The notes: generated from the sequence alone by a model not told the origin. A DNA stretch of 64,000 bases from an uncultured Verrucomicrobiae bacterium (GCA_963834385.1 CAWIBO010000002.1:1248001-1312000); one strand, 5' to 3'. Numbered from the stretch's first letter, positions 41,261 to 52,147 are shown. Translations and numbers: made by a program.

Positions 41261-42371
41261 GCTGGGAAAGGAGGGATTGAAAGTCGGCCAGGAAGAGGTC
41301 CGCCATGTTAGATAGCGAAAACCTTGCCGTTTCGCGATATCCTTTGTCGGAAATCTCAGCCAGGCGACTCTCGTCCCCGGCCAGCGCCACCAGCTTTTCC
41401 TGCAGGGCCCGGGCCTTGTCGCCCCGGCGGTGGTCAAAAACAAAGCCGGTCTCGTTTTCGCGCACGAATCCGCGAAAACAGGCGAGGTCGGAAACAAGGA
41501 CGGCGCATCCCGCGGCCATGGCCTCGAGCGCGGCCACCCCGAAGGTTTCACCCCGCTCCGCCAGGGAGGGATAAACGAAAAGCCGCGCCTGCTGCAGCTC
41601 GCGGGCCAGGGCGCCGTCGGCAAAGAGTCCACCCGTGAAAACCACCGGGGCATCGCCGGCCGTTTCCTTGAGCCGGGCGAGGTAGGGTTCGCCGCCGCCG
41701 CCGTGTCCCGTTTCCCAGGGGCCCACGATGCGCAGGGTCCAGTCCGAGAGCGGACCGCGCCAGGCCGCGGCGAATGCCTCCACGAGAAGGTGCACCCCTT
41801 TTTCCGGGTGAACCCGGCCGGCGTAGGTGATGATGGGGGATCTCCCGCGAAACGGGGAGGGGGGCGGCCCGGTCTCCACCGGAAACGGGATCACGCGGAC
41901 CCGCTCCGCCATTTCCGGCACCTCGCTGATGATGGCGTCCCCGATGGCGGGTGAGAGGGCATGCAGCCGGGCGGCGTTGGTATAGAAGCGCAGCTGGCCC
42001 TTGGGGAAACGCCCGACATGGATATAAAGGCGGCCCCGGGATAGCGGAGGGCGGAGCAGCGGCAGCCAAAAGGTGTTACTGACCAGGATGTCCGCGGGAG
42101 GAAGAAGCCTCCGCACCCGCAGCGAATAGCCGAGATCGAGAAGCTTCAAGAGGAGGAGCGAATCCGGCGTATCATGACCCCTGGCGCGAAGGTGATGCAC
42201 TCCCTCGCTCGTCTCCTCCTCCGCCCAGCCCGGCAACAGCCGCGAGATCATGGTGATGTCATGGCCCCGCCGGGCGAACTCCTTCGCGAGCGCGAACCAT
42301 ACCTTCTCCACCGCCCCGCCTTTGACCGGCGGCACGGGAAGAAAGGCGCCGGTAACGAGCGTTATTTTCAC
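41238..42371 (-). CDS. Glycosyltransferase family 4
   Basis: PVPPVKGGAVE, GRVHPEKG, ETFGVAALEAMAAG. Confidence 0.9.
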   Translation of the reverse strand: MKITLVTGAFLPVPPVKGGAVEKVWFALAKEFARRGHDITMISRLLPGWAEEETSEGVHHLRARGHDTPDSLLLLKLLDLGYSLRVRRLLPPADILVSNTFWLPLLRPPLSRGRLYIHVGRFPKGQLRFYTNAARLHALSPAIGDAIISEVPEMAERVRVIPFPVETGPPPSPFRGRSPIITYAGRVHPEKGVHLLVEAFAAAWRGPLSDWTLRIVGPWETGHGGGGEPYLARLKETAGDAPVVFTGGLFADGALARELQQARLFVYPSLAERGETFGVAALEAMAAGCAVLVSDLACFRGFVRENETGFVFDHRRGDKARALQEKLVALAGDESRLAEISDKGYRETARFSLSNMADLFLADFQSLLSQHERATHG

Positions 42372-43519
42372 GAGGCAAATTCCTCCAGGACCTTCAGCAG
42401 ACCCTGGGTGGCCTGCCCAATTTCAAAGCGTTCAGTGAAACAGCGCCGTGCCTGCCCGCGCATTTCTTCCTGAGTTCCGGGGGTGAGCGCAAGCCATCGC
42501 CGCAACAGGCGTTCGGTGCCCGCGAGGTTGTCCGGTTCGACGAATCCCGCGCCGTCCTGCTCGATTTCCCGCCAGATGTTGACCCGGTCGGAAAGAAGAA
42601 CCGGCAATCCATGCGCGAGGGCTTCCGCCACCGCCAGGCCGAAGTTCTCCTGATGGGAAGGCAGAATGAAAACATCGGCGGCGGCCAGGGCGGCCTGCTT
42701 CAGTTCGCCCTCCAGCATGCCGGTGAAGAGGATGCGGTCGCGGCAGGCGCTGGCGGCGGCCTGCCGGCGGAGCCGGTCGCCCCAGCCGGCGAGGTCGGGT
42801 CCGGCAAAAACAAGCGCGGGATCGGCATGATCGCGCGCGATCGCCTCGAAGGCCTCGAGGAGGAGGTCGCCTCCTTTTTTGGGATCAAGACGTCCGAGGT
42901 AAAGGATCACGCGACGGTTGTTCAACCCGGGGAAGGTGGCGCGGAAAAGATCAGCCTTCGGCTTTTCCAGGGCGGCCGGGTCCTCCACGCCGAGGGGGGA
43001 GACCCGCTCCCGGGCGCGATAGAGCCAGAATGATTTTCGCGCTTCGAGCTTTTCCTCCTCGCAGGTGAAGATGACGGCGGCGGCATCGCGCAGGACGCGA
43101 TACTCGGCCCAGGGCCAGTAGAGCCATTTTTTCAGGTGCTTGAGCGGGTAGGTCCGCTTGAACCAGGGGTCGAGCATGCCATGGGGAAAAACGAAATAGG
43201 GTGTCTCGGAGCGCGCGTAACGCCGCCACGCCGCGAGGCTGAGATGCTGCCAGAGTCCATGCACGACGACGGCGTCGAAATCGGCGCCATGTTCCTCAAG
43301 CCAGGCGGGGAGACGGGTCGAGAACTGATAGGAGCCGAGGCCTTTGCCCAGCGCGGTGACGCTGCCATCCGGTGGGACCCAGGCCGCGGCCGGGTCGTCG
43401 ATCGCGACCACATGCGACAGGTGACCGAGCGCCGGGAGCGCGCGGTGCAAGCCAAGGACCGCGCGCGCCACGCCGCCGGTGGCGGGGTCGAGGGTTTGCA
43501 CCAGGTGCAGGATTTTCAC
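42368..43519 (-). CDS. Glycosyltransferase family 4
   Basis: GTG start (KILHLV), HGLW, PHGMLDPW, GRLDPKKG, ENFGLAVAEALAHG. Confidence 0.9.
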   Translation of the reverse strand: MKILHLVQTLDPATGGVARAVLGLHRALPALGHLSHVVAIDDPAAAWVPPDGSVTALGKGLGSYQFSTRLPAWLEEHGADFDAVVVHGLWQHLSLAAWRRYARSETPYFVFPHGMLDPWFKRTYPLKHLKKWLYWPWAEYRVLRDAAAVIFTCEEEKLEARKSFWLYRARERVSPLGVEDPAALEKPKADLFRATFPGLNNRRVILYLGRLDPKKGGDLLLEAFEAIARDHADPALVFAGPDLAGWGDRLRRQAAASACRDRILFTGMLEGELKQAALAAADVFILPSHQENFGLAVAEALAHGLPVLLSDRVNIWREIEQDGAGFVEPDNLAGTERLLRRWLALTPGTQEEMRGQARRCFTERFEIGQATQGLLKVLEEFAS

Positions 43520-44184
43520 TAAACGACAAAGCCGGTCTGGCGCTGGAAATAGGCGAGGTCGGGGGAAAGCGCCTGCAAACGCGTGGCAGGGATGCCGCCG
43601 TAAAGAGAGTGCGTTTCCGTCATGGCCTTGTTCAGGAGTGATTTGGCCCCGAGGACCGAATAATCGGGCAGGGTGGCGCCGCCAAGAAAGACGCAGTTGG
43701 TGCCGACAAAGCAATAATTCCCGATGGAAACCGGGGCCGAAGCCTGCCGATTGCGCGCGAGATCGATGGAATGGGTCAGCACCTGCGACTGGAACCCCGC
43801 GAAGGTGGTGAAGTCGCCGAGGCGGACAGCGCTGGTGCAGTCGATAAGATGGCGGTGCGTGATGGCCGAATGGCGGCCGATGACCAGTTCGGGCCGGCGT
43901 TCCGATTCCTCGGCGAAGTGAGACGAGGGGCCGGAAGGGAACCCGGTGATCCAGTTGCCTCGTCCGATGGAGGAGGAGTCGCCGAGCTGAAGAAGATCGA
44001 GGCCTTTGCAGACGGTGAGATGGCCGATGGTCGCGTTCGCTCCGAGAACCAGCCGGCGCGGAAAGATCCAGGCGAACCCGAGGTGGCTCGTGGGATGCAG
44101 CGAGAAACCGAAGAAGCGTTCCAGAAATATCCGGCGGATCGGCCAGGGAAGCAGCAGGCTGAGGAGACCGAGGAGCGTTCTCAT
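43519..44184 (-). CDS. Hexapeptide-repeat acyltransferase
   Basis: Left-handed beta-helix repeats, LTHSID, IGNYCFVGTNCVFLGG, GGIPA. Confidence 0.85.
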   Translation of the reverse strand: MRTLLGLLSLLLPWPIRRIFLERFFGFSLHPTSHLGFAWIFPRRLVLGANATIGHLTVCKGLDLLQLGDSSSIGRGNWITGFPSGPSSHFAEESERRPELVIGRHSAITHRHLIDCTSAVRLGDFTTFAGFQSQVLTHSIDLARNRQASAPVSIGNYCFVGTNCVFLGGATLPDYSVLGAKSLLNKAMTETHSLYGGIPATRLQALSPDLAYFQRQTGFVV

Positions 44185-45308
44185 AGGTTCGGGGCCATGC
44201 TGCGATAGAGTTCGAGGTAACGCGAAACCATTTGGCGCGCGGTGTAGCGCCGGGCATTTTCGAGTCCGCGCTCCCGCCACCCCTCGCGGCGGGCGGGATC
44301 AAGCATTTCCATCACGCCCCGGGCGAAAGCTTCTTCATCTTCCAGCGGGCAGACGATGGCGCCGTCGCCCGCGACCTCCGGCAGTGGGGGCCGGTCGCTG
44401 CAAATGACGGGGCAACCGCTGGCCTGCGCTTCGATAATCGGCCAGCCGAAGCCTTCGAAGCGCGAAGGATAAAGCAGCGCGAGCGCACCGTTGTAAAGCG
44501 CTTCCAATAGTTCGTTGGCCGGCCCGGGGACATTGACAATCTGGCCGGACAACCCGAGGCGGCTGGCCTCCTCCATCAGCCCGTGCGCGAGACTGTCGCC
44601 CGCGAAAACGAGCTGCGGCCGGCTTTGGGCGGGAACGCGGGCGACGATGCGCAGAATCGCTTCGCGGTTCTTGCGGCGGAGATTTGAGCCGACATGGAGA
44701 AGGTAGGGCCGGTCGGGGGAGAGAGCGGGGAGGGAAGAGAGACGGGACCAAACTTCCAACCGGTCGAGCGGGCGATAAGGGAAACTGAGACCGACCGGGA
44801 CCACGGTGAGCCGGGGTTTGGTGGAGTCCGGGCGTGTGATCAGGCGGGCCGCGTCCTCGCGGGTGGCTTCCGAATCACAGGCAAGGACGTCAGCCTGGCG
44901 GAGACTCCGGCGGATCCAGCGCTGCAGAAAGACGCCGGTGGACGAGGCCGGGGAATCGGTCTCCTCTCCCAGGGCGCCCCGGACGGCGAGGAGATCATGG
45001 CAGGTGGCGAGGACCGGTGCGCGCCCGGCGTGGGCGGCATACATCGCGTTGGAGTGATCGCAGATGTGGACCAGGCTGGCCTGCGCCGCCCGGCGCCGGA
45101 GACGGGCGGGAAAAAGAACGAACTTATCGATGTAACCCAGCCACTTGGCGACGGTGAAACCGAACCGCTCGAAACGGCCGAAGAAGGGGTGCGGCGCCAC
45201 CAGCTCCGCTGATATGCCGGCTTCCGTCAGACCCCGGTGCATCATGTCAGCGAATCGCTGCATGCTCTGCTGCCGGTCGGGAGCGTAGTTACCGACCAGC
45301 AGCACCAT
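44181..45308 (-). CDS. Glycosyltransferase family 4 (paralog of 39594-40694)
   Basis: SMQRFA, TCHDL, LHVGSNLRRKNR, YPSRFEGFGWPIIEAQASGCPV. Confidence 0.9.
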   Translation of the reverse strand: MVLLVGNYAPDRQQSMQRFADMMHRGLTEAGISAELVAPHPFFGRFERFGFTVAKWLGYIDKFVLFPARLRRRAAQASLVHICDHSNAMYAAHAGRAPVLATCHDLLAVRGALGEETDSPASSTGVFLQRWIRRSLRQADVLACDSEATREDAARLITRPDSTKPRLTVVPVGLSFPYRPLDRLEVWSRLSSLPALSPDRPYLLHVGSNLRRKNREAILRIVARVPAQSRPQLVFAGDSLAHGLMEEASRLGLSGQIVNVPGPANELLEALYNGALALLYPSRFEGFGWPIIEAQASGCPVICSDRPPLPEVAGDGAIVCPLEDEEAFARGVMEMLDPARREGWRERGLENARRYTARQMVSRYLELYRSMAPNL

Positions 45309-46755
45309 TCTTGCTGACGGCAGCGGATTGATGAATTCTCTCCGCGAAAATCGAGCGGCGGGGGACGGAAGAACGCGTGGGCGCTGGCGCGGGCCCGGCC
45401 GGGGCGGACGGGGCCGCGTTCATGGCGGCGAGGCAGAGGCCGCCCAGGAGAACGGAGAAGCCGAGGGAGGTGGGCTGGCCGAACTGGCCGTTGATAATTC
45501 CGAGGAAGGCCGCGCTGAAGATGAGGATCGGCAGGGTGTTGCCCTGGCGGAGCGATTGAAGGCTGCGGTAGCCGAGGTAAAACATCAGCAGCGTGCGCCA
45601 GAGGAGAAAGGCGATGCCCAGGGCGGGTCCGCTTTCGAGCAGCACCCGCGCCCATTCGCCCTCCGCGAGCAGGAATCCGGCGCGGCCGGTGAGGAAGCGC
45701 GCGCCGCCGTTTGTGCCGATGCCGAGGCCGTAGCCGAAACGGGGGATCCGGTCGAGGACGCGGAAGCCCTCGATAAAGCCGGAGAATGTCCGTTCGATCA
45801 TGCCCCCGGCCACGGTGGTTTCGGCGGCCTCCGCCGATTCGACGAAACGATCCGAGAGGATGCCGACCCCCTGCTGCATGATGGGGAGAAAGCTGGAGAT
45901 CCAGGCGATGGCGGCGGCGAGCAGAAGGAGACGGCCGAAACGCGTCATGGCATCCGGACGGACGAAAAGGATGAGCGCGAGGGAGAGCACCACGAGGCCC
46001 ACGGAAGCGACCGCGGAGCGGCTGCCGGAAACGGCGATCGCGCCGAGGAGGGAAAAGCCGCAGAGCGAGAGAAGCCAGTTCTCCATGCCGCGGGTGAGGG
46101 CGCGATGCATGAGGAAGGCGGTCCCGGCGCTCAGATAAAAGATCACGCCGGAGACGAAGGAGAAAGTGGCGGGAGGCCGGATCTTGCCGCCGCCGGCGGT
46201 GATCTGAAGCGACTCGCCCAGGCCGACGGTGCGGTTGATGAAATGCTCCGGCGACGCCTGGAACTGCACCGCCATGAGGGCGGCCGTCGGAATGATCCCC
46301 ACGGCGATCCACCAGCCCATCTTGCGGACGTGCTCGATATGAAAAACCTGCGGGATGACGAAGAGGAGCGGCAAATGCAGAAAGTTCGAGCGATAGCCGT
46401 AAAGGGTGACGAAGAGAAACTTCGATGGCGGAAGAAAAGGCTCGAGAACGAGGATCCCGGCGAGGAACGAAAGAATGCTGATGCCGAGGAGGGAAAACAT
46501 GAAGCCGTTCCAGGGGAAGGCGCGGCTCCGCAGGGCGAGGGCGTAAATGAGCAGGACGACCGGGTCCCGGATGAGAAGGAGCGGATTGGAAAGCTGGGGC
46601 AGGGCCCATTTTCGCAGGGCGCCTTCCAGGACCAGGAGGATCAGGTAAACCCAGATCAGTTTGCGGATGGCTTCCCGCAGCCGGCCGGCCTCGCCCACCA
46701 CGGGTGGAGCGGCGCCGGGTGCGGCGCCTTTTCGGATGGGGGGAGCGGGTCTCAT
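45289..46755 (-). CDS. Polytopic membrane protein, putative Wzy polymerase
   Basis: About 11 TM segments inside the GT operon; EGALRKW, RPPATFSF, SGSRS, GYGLGIG. Confidence 0.7.
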   Translation of the reverse strand: MRPAPPIRKGAAPGAAPPVVGEAGRLREAIRKLIWVYLILLVLEGALRKWALPQLSNPLLLIRDPVVLLIYALALRSRAFPWNGFMFSLLGISILSFLAGILVLEPFLPPSKFLFVTLYGYRSNFLHLPLLFVIPQVFHIEHVRKMGWWIAVGIIPTAALMAVQFQASPEHFINRTVGLGESLQITAGGGKIRPPATFSFVSGVIFYLSAGTAFLMHRALTRGMENWLLSLCGFSLLGAIAVSGSRSAVASVGLVVLSLALILFVRPDAMTRFGRLLLLAAAIAWISSFLPIMQQGVGILSDRFVESAEAAETTVAGGMIERTFSGFIEGFRVLDRIPRFGYGLGIGTNGGARFLTGRAGFLLAEGEWARVLLESGPALGIAFLLWRTLLMFYLGYRSLQSLRQGNTLPILIFSAAFLGIINGQFGQPTSLGFSVLLGGLCLAAMNAAPSAPAGPAPAPTRSSVPRRSIFAERIHQSAAVSKNGAAGR

Positions 46756-47987
46756 CGAGCCTGCTGGAGGATCACATCCTGTGCCATTTCCACGGTCAAA
46801 CCCCGGTAAGTTTCCCAGGAAAGCGCGGCCGCTCGCCGGGCCGCCGCGGCCGCCATCTCCGCGCGCCGGTTTTCCTCGCGAAGAAGAAGTTCGAGCTTCT
46901 CCGCAATGGCGGCGGAATCACGGATGGGAACGATAAACCCTTCCTCGCCATCCCGAATCAGATCGGGGGCGGCGGTGTGGGGAGTCGCGATCACGATGGT
47001 ACCCTGCGCCATGGCCTCGGTGATGACGAGTCCGAATCCCTCGAAAAGGGAAGGGAGCACCAGAACGTCATGAGCCCTGATCTCGCGCAGCAGCTCGGGA
47101 TGGGGCAGTGACGGAATCCAGCGGTGGCGGCGCACCGCCTCGTCCAGGGGCGGACACTTGTCCGAGGTTTTCCGTCCGAGCAGGGTCAGTTCCACGGAGC
47201 CTCCGAGGGTGGCCGCCGCCTCGAGCAAATAGGAGATCCCTTTGCGCTGGCCCAGCGAGCCCACGAAAATCACCCTGAGTTTTCCCGCGGACGAAGCCGG
47301 ACGTCCCGTCATCACGGGGGGCGCCCCGTAGGGAATAATGCTGACCGGAACATCGAGGCCGGCCTGCTTCAGGGTGGAGCGGGTGAAAGTGCTGGCCACG
47401 ACGACGTGGCTGGCCAGGCGCAGTTCCGCTTCCTTGCGGGCAAGTTTTTCCTCGCTGTCACGGCTTCCCGTGAGGGTCATGGACCACGCTGGCTCGCGGA
47501 GCGCTTCCTCGGCATAAATGGCGCGGGCGGATTTCCAGTAACCGATCGGCAGGTCGTAAATGCGCGCCAGCCCAAGGCGCCGGGCCATTTCGAACGAGTG
47601 GAAGGCGCCATCTTCGTAGGCATAAACCGCGCGGCACTTCGCGCGCTCGCCCAGTCGCGCGGCCACCCGCCGGTCGAGGGCGCGCATCACCTGGTCGATG
47701 CTGCAAGGCGCCGTTTCCTTTGCGGCGAGGAAACCCAGGCCAAGGCGGCCGCAAAAGAGGCGGCACAATTCCCGGCCCGGCATGGTGCGCGTCACCGCGC
47801 CGAGGGAGGAAGGAAGCGCGCGGCGCGCAAACTGTTCGCGAAGTGTCGCCGGCAGCAGGGAGTGAAGCCGGTTTTCGCGCTCCCAGCGCAGGCAGGTCCA
47901 GAATTCATCCAGCAAGCCGGCATCGCGCAGGGCCAGCGCAGCCTGTCGGACATTCTCGTTCCCGGTGGGATGGGAAAGAACAATCAT
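46752..47987 (-). CDS. Glycosyltransferase family 4
   Basis: FVGSLGQRKG, PSLFEGFGLVITEAMAQG. Confidence 0.9.
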   Translation of the reverse strand: MIVLSHPTGNENVRQAALALRDAGLLDEFWTCLRWERENRLHSLLPATLREQFARRALPSSLGAVTRTMPGRELCRLFCGRLGLGFLAAKETAPCSIDQVMRALDRRVAARLGERAKCRAVYAYEDGAFHSFEMARRLGLARIYDLPIGYWKSARAIYAEEALREPAWSMTLTGSRDSEEKLARKEAELRLASHVVVASTFTRSTLKQAGLDVPVSIIPYGAPPVMTGRPASSAGKLRVIFVGSLGQRKGISYLLEAAATLGGSVELTLLGRKTSDKCPPLDEAVRRHRWIPSLPHPELLREIRAHDVLVLPSLFEGFGLVITEAMAQGTIVIATPHTAAPDLIRDGEEGFIVPIRDSAAIAEKLELLLREENRRAEMAAAAARRAAALSWETYRGLTVEMAQDVILQQAR

Positions 47988-48991
47988 GATACGACAGACT
48001 CCATCAGCTCGAGGTGACGCCGCGCGACAAGCTGGCTTGAGAACGCCGGGAGGTGCCCTTCCGCGGCCTGTCGCAAAGTTTCGGCGAGGCCCGGTTCGTA
48101 TAACACCCGCCTGACCGCCGCGGCGAGCAGGTCGGCGCGCCCGTTGGGAAAGGTGATGCCGGCGGGACCAATGGCCTCGGCCAAACCGCCTTCGGCCGAG
48201 CCGATGACCACGCAGCCGGAGGCGAGTCCCTCCAGGGCCACGACGCCGAAAGGCTCGGGCCAGCGCGAAGGAACAACCATGATCTGATGCTCGTTTAAAA
48301 GCCGGCCGAGTTCTTCGCCCTGCCGGATCCCGGCGAAGGTGACGCAATGGTCGAGGTTCAATTCTCGGGAGAGAGCCTCGAGCACCGGACGCTCCGGGCC
48401 TTCGCCGACGATCGTGAGGTCGACCTCCAGACCGTCGCGGTGAAGGGCGGCCAGCGCCTCCAGGAGAAGATCGGCCCCCTTGTCGGAGACGAGGCGACCG
48501 ACGAAAACGAGGGTGCGCGGTCGCGGGCCAGAATTGGTTACGCGGAAAACGTCGGTCCGAAAGGGGTTCGGGATGATTTCACACCGGACGTCGAGGTCGG
48601 CGGCAACAGCCCGGCTGATGGCGGCGTTGGTGACAAACGGAAGAGCGAGCCGTTTGAGCCGGTCATTCCAATGCAGGCCGCCGTCCGCTCCTCGAAGCCA
48701 GGTTTGGTGGAGGACCACCACGGGTTTGCGCAAGACGAGGGCAGGAAGAAGAACGCGGAGACTGATATTATTCTGGAAGACCACGTCGGCCGATCGGATT
48801 GCCGGGAGCAACCGCCGGAGACCGGGGCGGCGAAGCACGAAGAGTCCCTCGTGTTTTTCCGGACCGGCCGTTTCGGTCACAATCGTGACGTGATGCCCCG
48901 CGTCCGCAAACTGTTCCACCAGGATGGCGGAAACGGTTTCAATGCCCCCGACCGACGGCGGAAAGGCGTAGGAGGAAAAAAGGATGTTCAT
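47984..48991 (-). CDS. Glycosyltransferase family 4
   Basis: PSVGGIET, GRLVSDKG, EPFGVVALEGLASG. Confidence 0.9.
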   Translation of the reverse strand: MNILFSSYAFPPSVGGIETVSAILVEQFADAGHHVTIVTETAGPEKHEGLFVLRRPGLRRLLPAIRSADVVFQNNISLRVLLPALVLRKPVVVLHQTWLRGADGGLHWNDRLKRLALPFVTNAAISRAVAADLDVRCEIIPNPFRTDVFRVTNSGPRPRTLVFVGRLVSDKGADLLLEALAALHRDGLEVDLTIVGEGPERPVLEALSRELNLDHCVTFAGIRQGEELGRLLNEHQIMVVPSRWPEPFGVVALEGLASGCVVIGSAEGGLAEAIGPAGITFPNGRADLLAAAVRRVLYEPGLAETLRQAAEGHLPAFSSQLVARRHLELMESVVS

Positions 48992-49863
48992 CGAATCGAG
49001 GAGGGGGCGCCGAACCGGCCCCAATAAAAGTCAGCGATGGCTCGGCCTTGCGCGCGCAGGGAGAAGGCAAAGGACCGGTCGCGCTTTGACCTGACCATCT
49101 GGCGAAGGGCGGAAACCAGAATGATGCCCGCACGCAGGAACGCGCTGGCCCTGCCGAAGTGGTCGTGGACGAGGAGAAGTGAATTGCGCGCGAAGAAATA
49201 GCTTCGGAGCGGGCTGGACACCCAGGTGCCGGGGTTTACCACGGTGGCGCCCCAGAGCAGGACCACTTTCCAGCCGGCGCGGGTGGCGCGCGCGCCGAGA
49301 TCATGTTCATCGCCATAGGCGAAATAGCGCTCATCGAAGAGGCCGATCTCTTGTAGACATTGCCGCCGCGCCATCATGAGCGTGCCGTGTGGGACATCGA
49401 TGACGGTTGGCCCGGCAGGCTGGCCCGGGGGTGCGACCGACTGCCGGACGCCATGCAGCCGGGAAAGATGCGGAATCGAGCGATCAGGATATTGCGGACA
49501 GGCCAGGCCAAGACGCGCATCCGCCTTCCCGGCCTCCAGCAGGCGCTGAAGACAGCCGGGCGCGGGTATGGCGTCGTGCGCGCTGATAAAACAAAAGTCC
49601 TCACCCGCCTCGAGCCAGGGCTTGAGCGCGACGTTAAGCGCTCCGCCCCAGCCAAGATTCTTCGGCAGCGTGATCAACTCCGCGGTGGTCGGGGTGAGCG
49701 CCTTCCGCAGGGTCGCCAGGTTTTCCGGGGTGGAGGCGTTGTCGATGACAACAAGGCGGAGAGCAATCTCTTCTTCGAGGAACCGGTGCACCGCGGCGGC
49801 GCACTCCTCCGGGCGATTCCAATGCACCACAAAGACCGTAGCGGAAGGGGAAGCGGCATTCAT
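48988..49863 (-). CDS. Glycosyltransferase family 2
   Basis: VVHWNRP, VIDNAS, NLGWGG, GLFDERYFAYGDEHD. Confidence 0.85.
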   Translation of the reverse strand: MNAASPSATVFVVHWNRPEECAAAVHRFLEEEIALRLVVIDNASTPENLATLRKALTPTTAELITLPKNLGWGGALNVALKPWLEAGEDFCFISAHDAIPAPGCLQRLLEAGKADARLGLACPQYPDRSIPHLSRLHGVRQSVAPPGQPAGPTVIDVPHGTLMMARRQCLQEIGLFDERYFAYGDEHDLGARATRAGWKVVLLWGATVVNPGTWVSSPLRSYFFARNSLLLVHDHFGRASAFLRAGIILVSALRQMVRSKRDRSFAFSLRAQGRAIADFYWGRFGAPSSIR

Positions 49864-50939
49864 CGGGCGAGTTTCGCGATCAGGGCGCCAGCCTCTCGAC
49901 GGCCCGCCCGTTCCCGATACCATTGGTGAAACGTGAAGGCCGTCTGCGGCAAATGCTTTGCGGAAGGAAGATGCATCTCCCGAGGGGAGATCCAGGCCGG
50001 GTCGGGCAGGCTGCCCCCTTGATAACGCTTCAGCGGATGGGGAAAGACGGGCAGGACCCCATGCGCGCAGCAGGCGGTGAAGATGCTCGATTTCATCAGG
50101 ATCTCCATGGGGCGATCGGGCCGGTCGAAATAGTCGAGCCAGGCCAGGGCGGATTCACGAAGAACGGCCGCGGCCTCGTCGCGGGCAAGGGCCGGGAGAA
50201 AAACAGTTTCGAGGGAGGGTTCCGCCTGCAGCCGGGCCAGGAGTTCCCCGTCTGGCCGACCGCCGAAGAGAGTCAGTTTTTTCGGGGCCAGTTCCGGCGG
50301 CAACCGACGGAACAGTTTCAGAAACGAAGAGAGAGAACGCCGGACCAGGGCGGGACCGCCGCAGATGACCCAGCGTTGCGGATCGCGCGCGGCAAGGTCG
50401 GCCAAGGTCAGATCACTTTCGCCGAAGTTGGAAGAAATGGGCTGGAGGGTAATTGTGGCGCCGGGCGCGAGCGCCTGCAGTTGATCGGCCACGATCGGAT
50501 TACTCACGAGAGAGACGTCAGAGCGAGAGGCCAGGGCGGAGGCGATCTGTTTTTGCACGCCCTGCAGCCAGAAGGCGCTCCGCCAGGGAGGCCCCGACGC
50601 GTAAAGTTCATGGAAGAAAGTGAGCCAGCGCGCCCCCGATCGGGTGGCTCGCGTCCGCTGCAGCCAGGGAAGCAGCCATCGCGGCACGCCGCGCGGCTGG
50701 TAGGCGTAGTTCACATAATGGAACAGCACCAGGTCGATCCCTTCGAGGTCGAGACCCGGAACATGGAAAGGAAGCACCGGAAAATCCTCCACGGGACCGG
50801 GATTGGTCTCGGAAAAAATGCAGAAGGAGGTCTCGATCGACTGGGAGACGCGCAGTTCCCGGGCGATGTTCAGGGCGTAATCGGAAACGCCGCCAAAAGA
50901 GCCGGGACGATCCGGCACGATCTGGAGCAGCCGTTTCAC
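49860..50939 (-). CDS. GT-B fold glycosyltransferase (divergent GT4-like)
   Basis: GGVSDYA, HYVNYAYQPRG, FHELY. C-terminal KSSIFTACCAHGV stands in place of EX7E. Confidence 0.72.
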   Translation of the reverse strand: MKRLLQIVPDRPGSFGGVSDYALNIARELRVSQSIETSFCIFSETNPGPVEDFPVLPFHVPGLDLEGIDLVLFHYVNYAYQPRGVPRWLLPWLQRTRATRSGARWLTFFHELYASGPPWRSAFWLQGVQKQIASALASRSDVSLVSNPIVADQLQALAPGATITLQPISSNFGESDLTLADLAARDPQRWVICGGPALVRRSLSSFLKLFRRLPPELAPKKLTLFGGRPDGELLARLQAEPSLETVFLPALARDEAAAVLRESALAWLDYFDRPDRPMEILMKSSIFTACCAHGVLPVFPHPLKRYQGGSLPDPAWISPREMHLPSAKHLPQTAFTFHQWYRERAGRREAGALIAKLAR

Positions 50940-52147
50940 GCGTCGGCCCGCATGGTTGTTCCGCGGACTGGGCTTGCCGGGGTCAGAGCGGCCCGGTAGG
51001 CCTCGAGTGTCTCCGCCGCAATCTGCGACCAGGAATAATCGGCGGCGCGCGCCTGACAGCGTTCGGCCAGCTGTGCGTAATCCGGACCGTGCATGCGCAG
51101 GAGTTCGACGATGCGCCGGGCAAGAGCGGCAACGTCCCCGGCCGGGCAGAGCAGTTCCCGCCGCAGCGGCGCCAGGATCTGTCGCGGCCCGGAGACATCG
51201 TAGGCCACGCAGGGAAGACCGGCCGCGAGCTGTTCCAGCACGGCAAAGCCGAAACCCTCGACATAGCTCGGAAAAATTCCGAGGACGGACGGTGCCAGGA
51301 GCGCAGGCAGCTGTTCCGGTTCGAAGTCGCGCACCAGCCTGATCGCAGGGTCGTCCCGTTCCACCTTCAGGTCGGCCCGGACCTGGTCGTCGCTGGTGAG
51401 AGTGCCGAGGAAATGAAACTGGACCGACGGAATTTCGCGGCGAACCCGCTGCACGATCTCCGCCCAGTCCCGCGCGCCTTTGCGCACGCTCCACATGCCG
51501 ATGAAGGAGAGGATTTGCCGCTGCTGACGCTCGAGGGCGGGGTTGCTGGCGCCGGCGAGGGCGCGGCCGAACTCCGCAGTGAGACCGTAGGGTTGGACGA
51601 GAAGGCGCGCCTTGATCGTGGGATCCGCCTGCAGGAGCGCGTTCTCATCGCTGTTTGGGAGATTGATCAGGTCGGCTTCCTGGAGCGAGCGTTCAGCCGC
51701 GCGGCGCATGCGGGAGGAAATGAGCCGGTAAAAGAAACGTCCGAGAAAACGGCCGCGGGGCTGGTTGGGCCAGCGAGTGTGGGCGAGCCGCGCAAATTCC
51801 TCGTAGGCGCGGGGCAGACCGACGGAACGGGCCACGAGCAGGCCGCGAAAGCCGAGGCTGGCGCGCGGGAACGGCAGGGTCCCGGCGAGGGCGTCCACGA
51901 CGTCGTAACGAGAACCGGCCTGGCGAAGAAAGCGGCCCGCGCGCACGGCGAAGCGGAGCTGTCGCAGCGCGGTCAGGGCGGGCTGCGACGTCTCGGAGGG
52001 GAAGGCGTCGGTCAGGCAAAAAATATCGACGGTATGCCCGGCGCTGCGCCATTGCCCGGCCAGTTCCGAGAAAACGCGGACCGCGCCCAGGCGGCGGTCC
52101 CAGGGCAGATTCAGCACCATGAGGATGCGCAGGGGCCGGTCGTTCAT
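50936..52147 (-). CDS. Glycosyltransferase family 4
   Basis: FIGMWSVRKG, FPSYVEGFGFAVLEQLAAG. Confidence 0.88.
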   Translation of the reverse strand: MNDRPLRILMVLNLPWDRRLGAVRVFSELAGQWRSAGHTVDIFCLTDAFPSETSQPALTALRQLRFAVRAGRFLRQAGSRYDVVDALAGTLPFPRASLGFRGLLVARSVGLPRAYEEFARLAHTRWPNQPRGRFLGRFFYRLISSRMRRAAERSLQEADLINLPNSDENALLQADPTIKARLLVQPYGLTAEFGRALAGASNPALERQQRQILSFIGMWSVRKGARDWAEIVQRVRREIPSVQFHFLGTLTSDDQVRADLKVERDDPAIRLVRDFEPEQLPALLAPSVLGIFPSYVEGFGFAVLEQLAAGLPCVAYDVSGPRQILAPLRRELLCPAGDVAALARRIVELLRMHGPDYAQLAERCQARAADYSWSQIAAETLEAYRAALTPASPVRGTTMRADA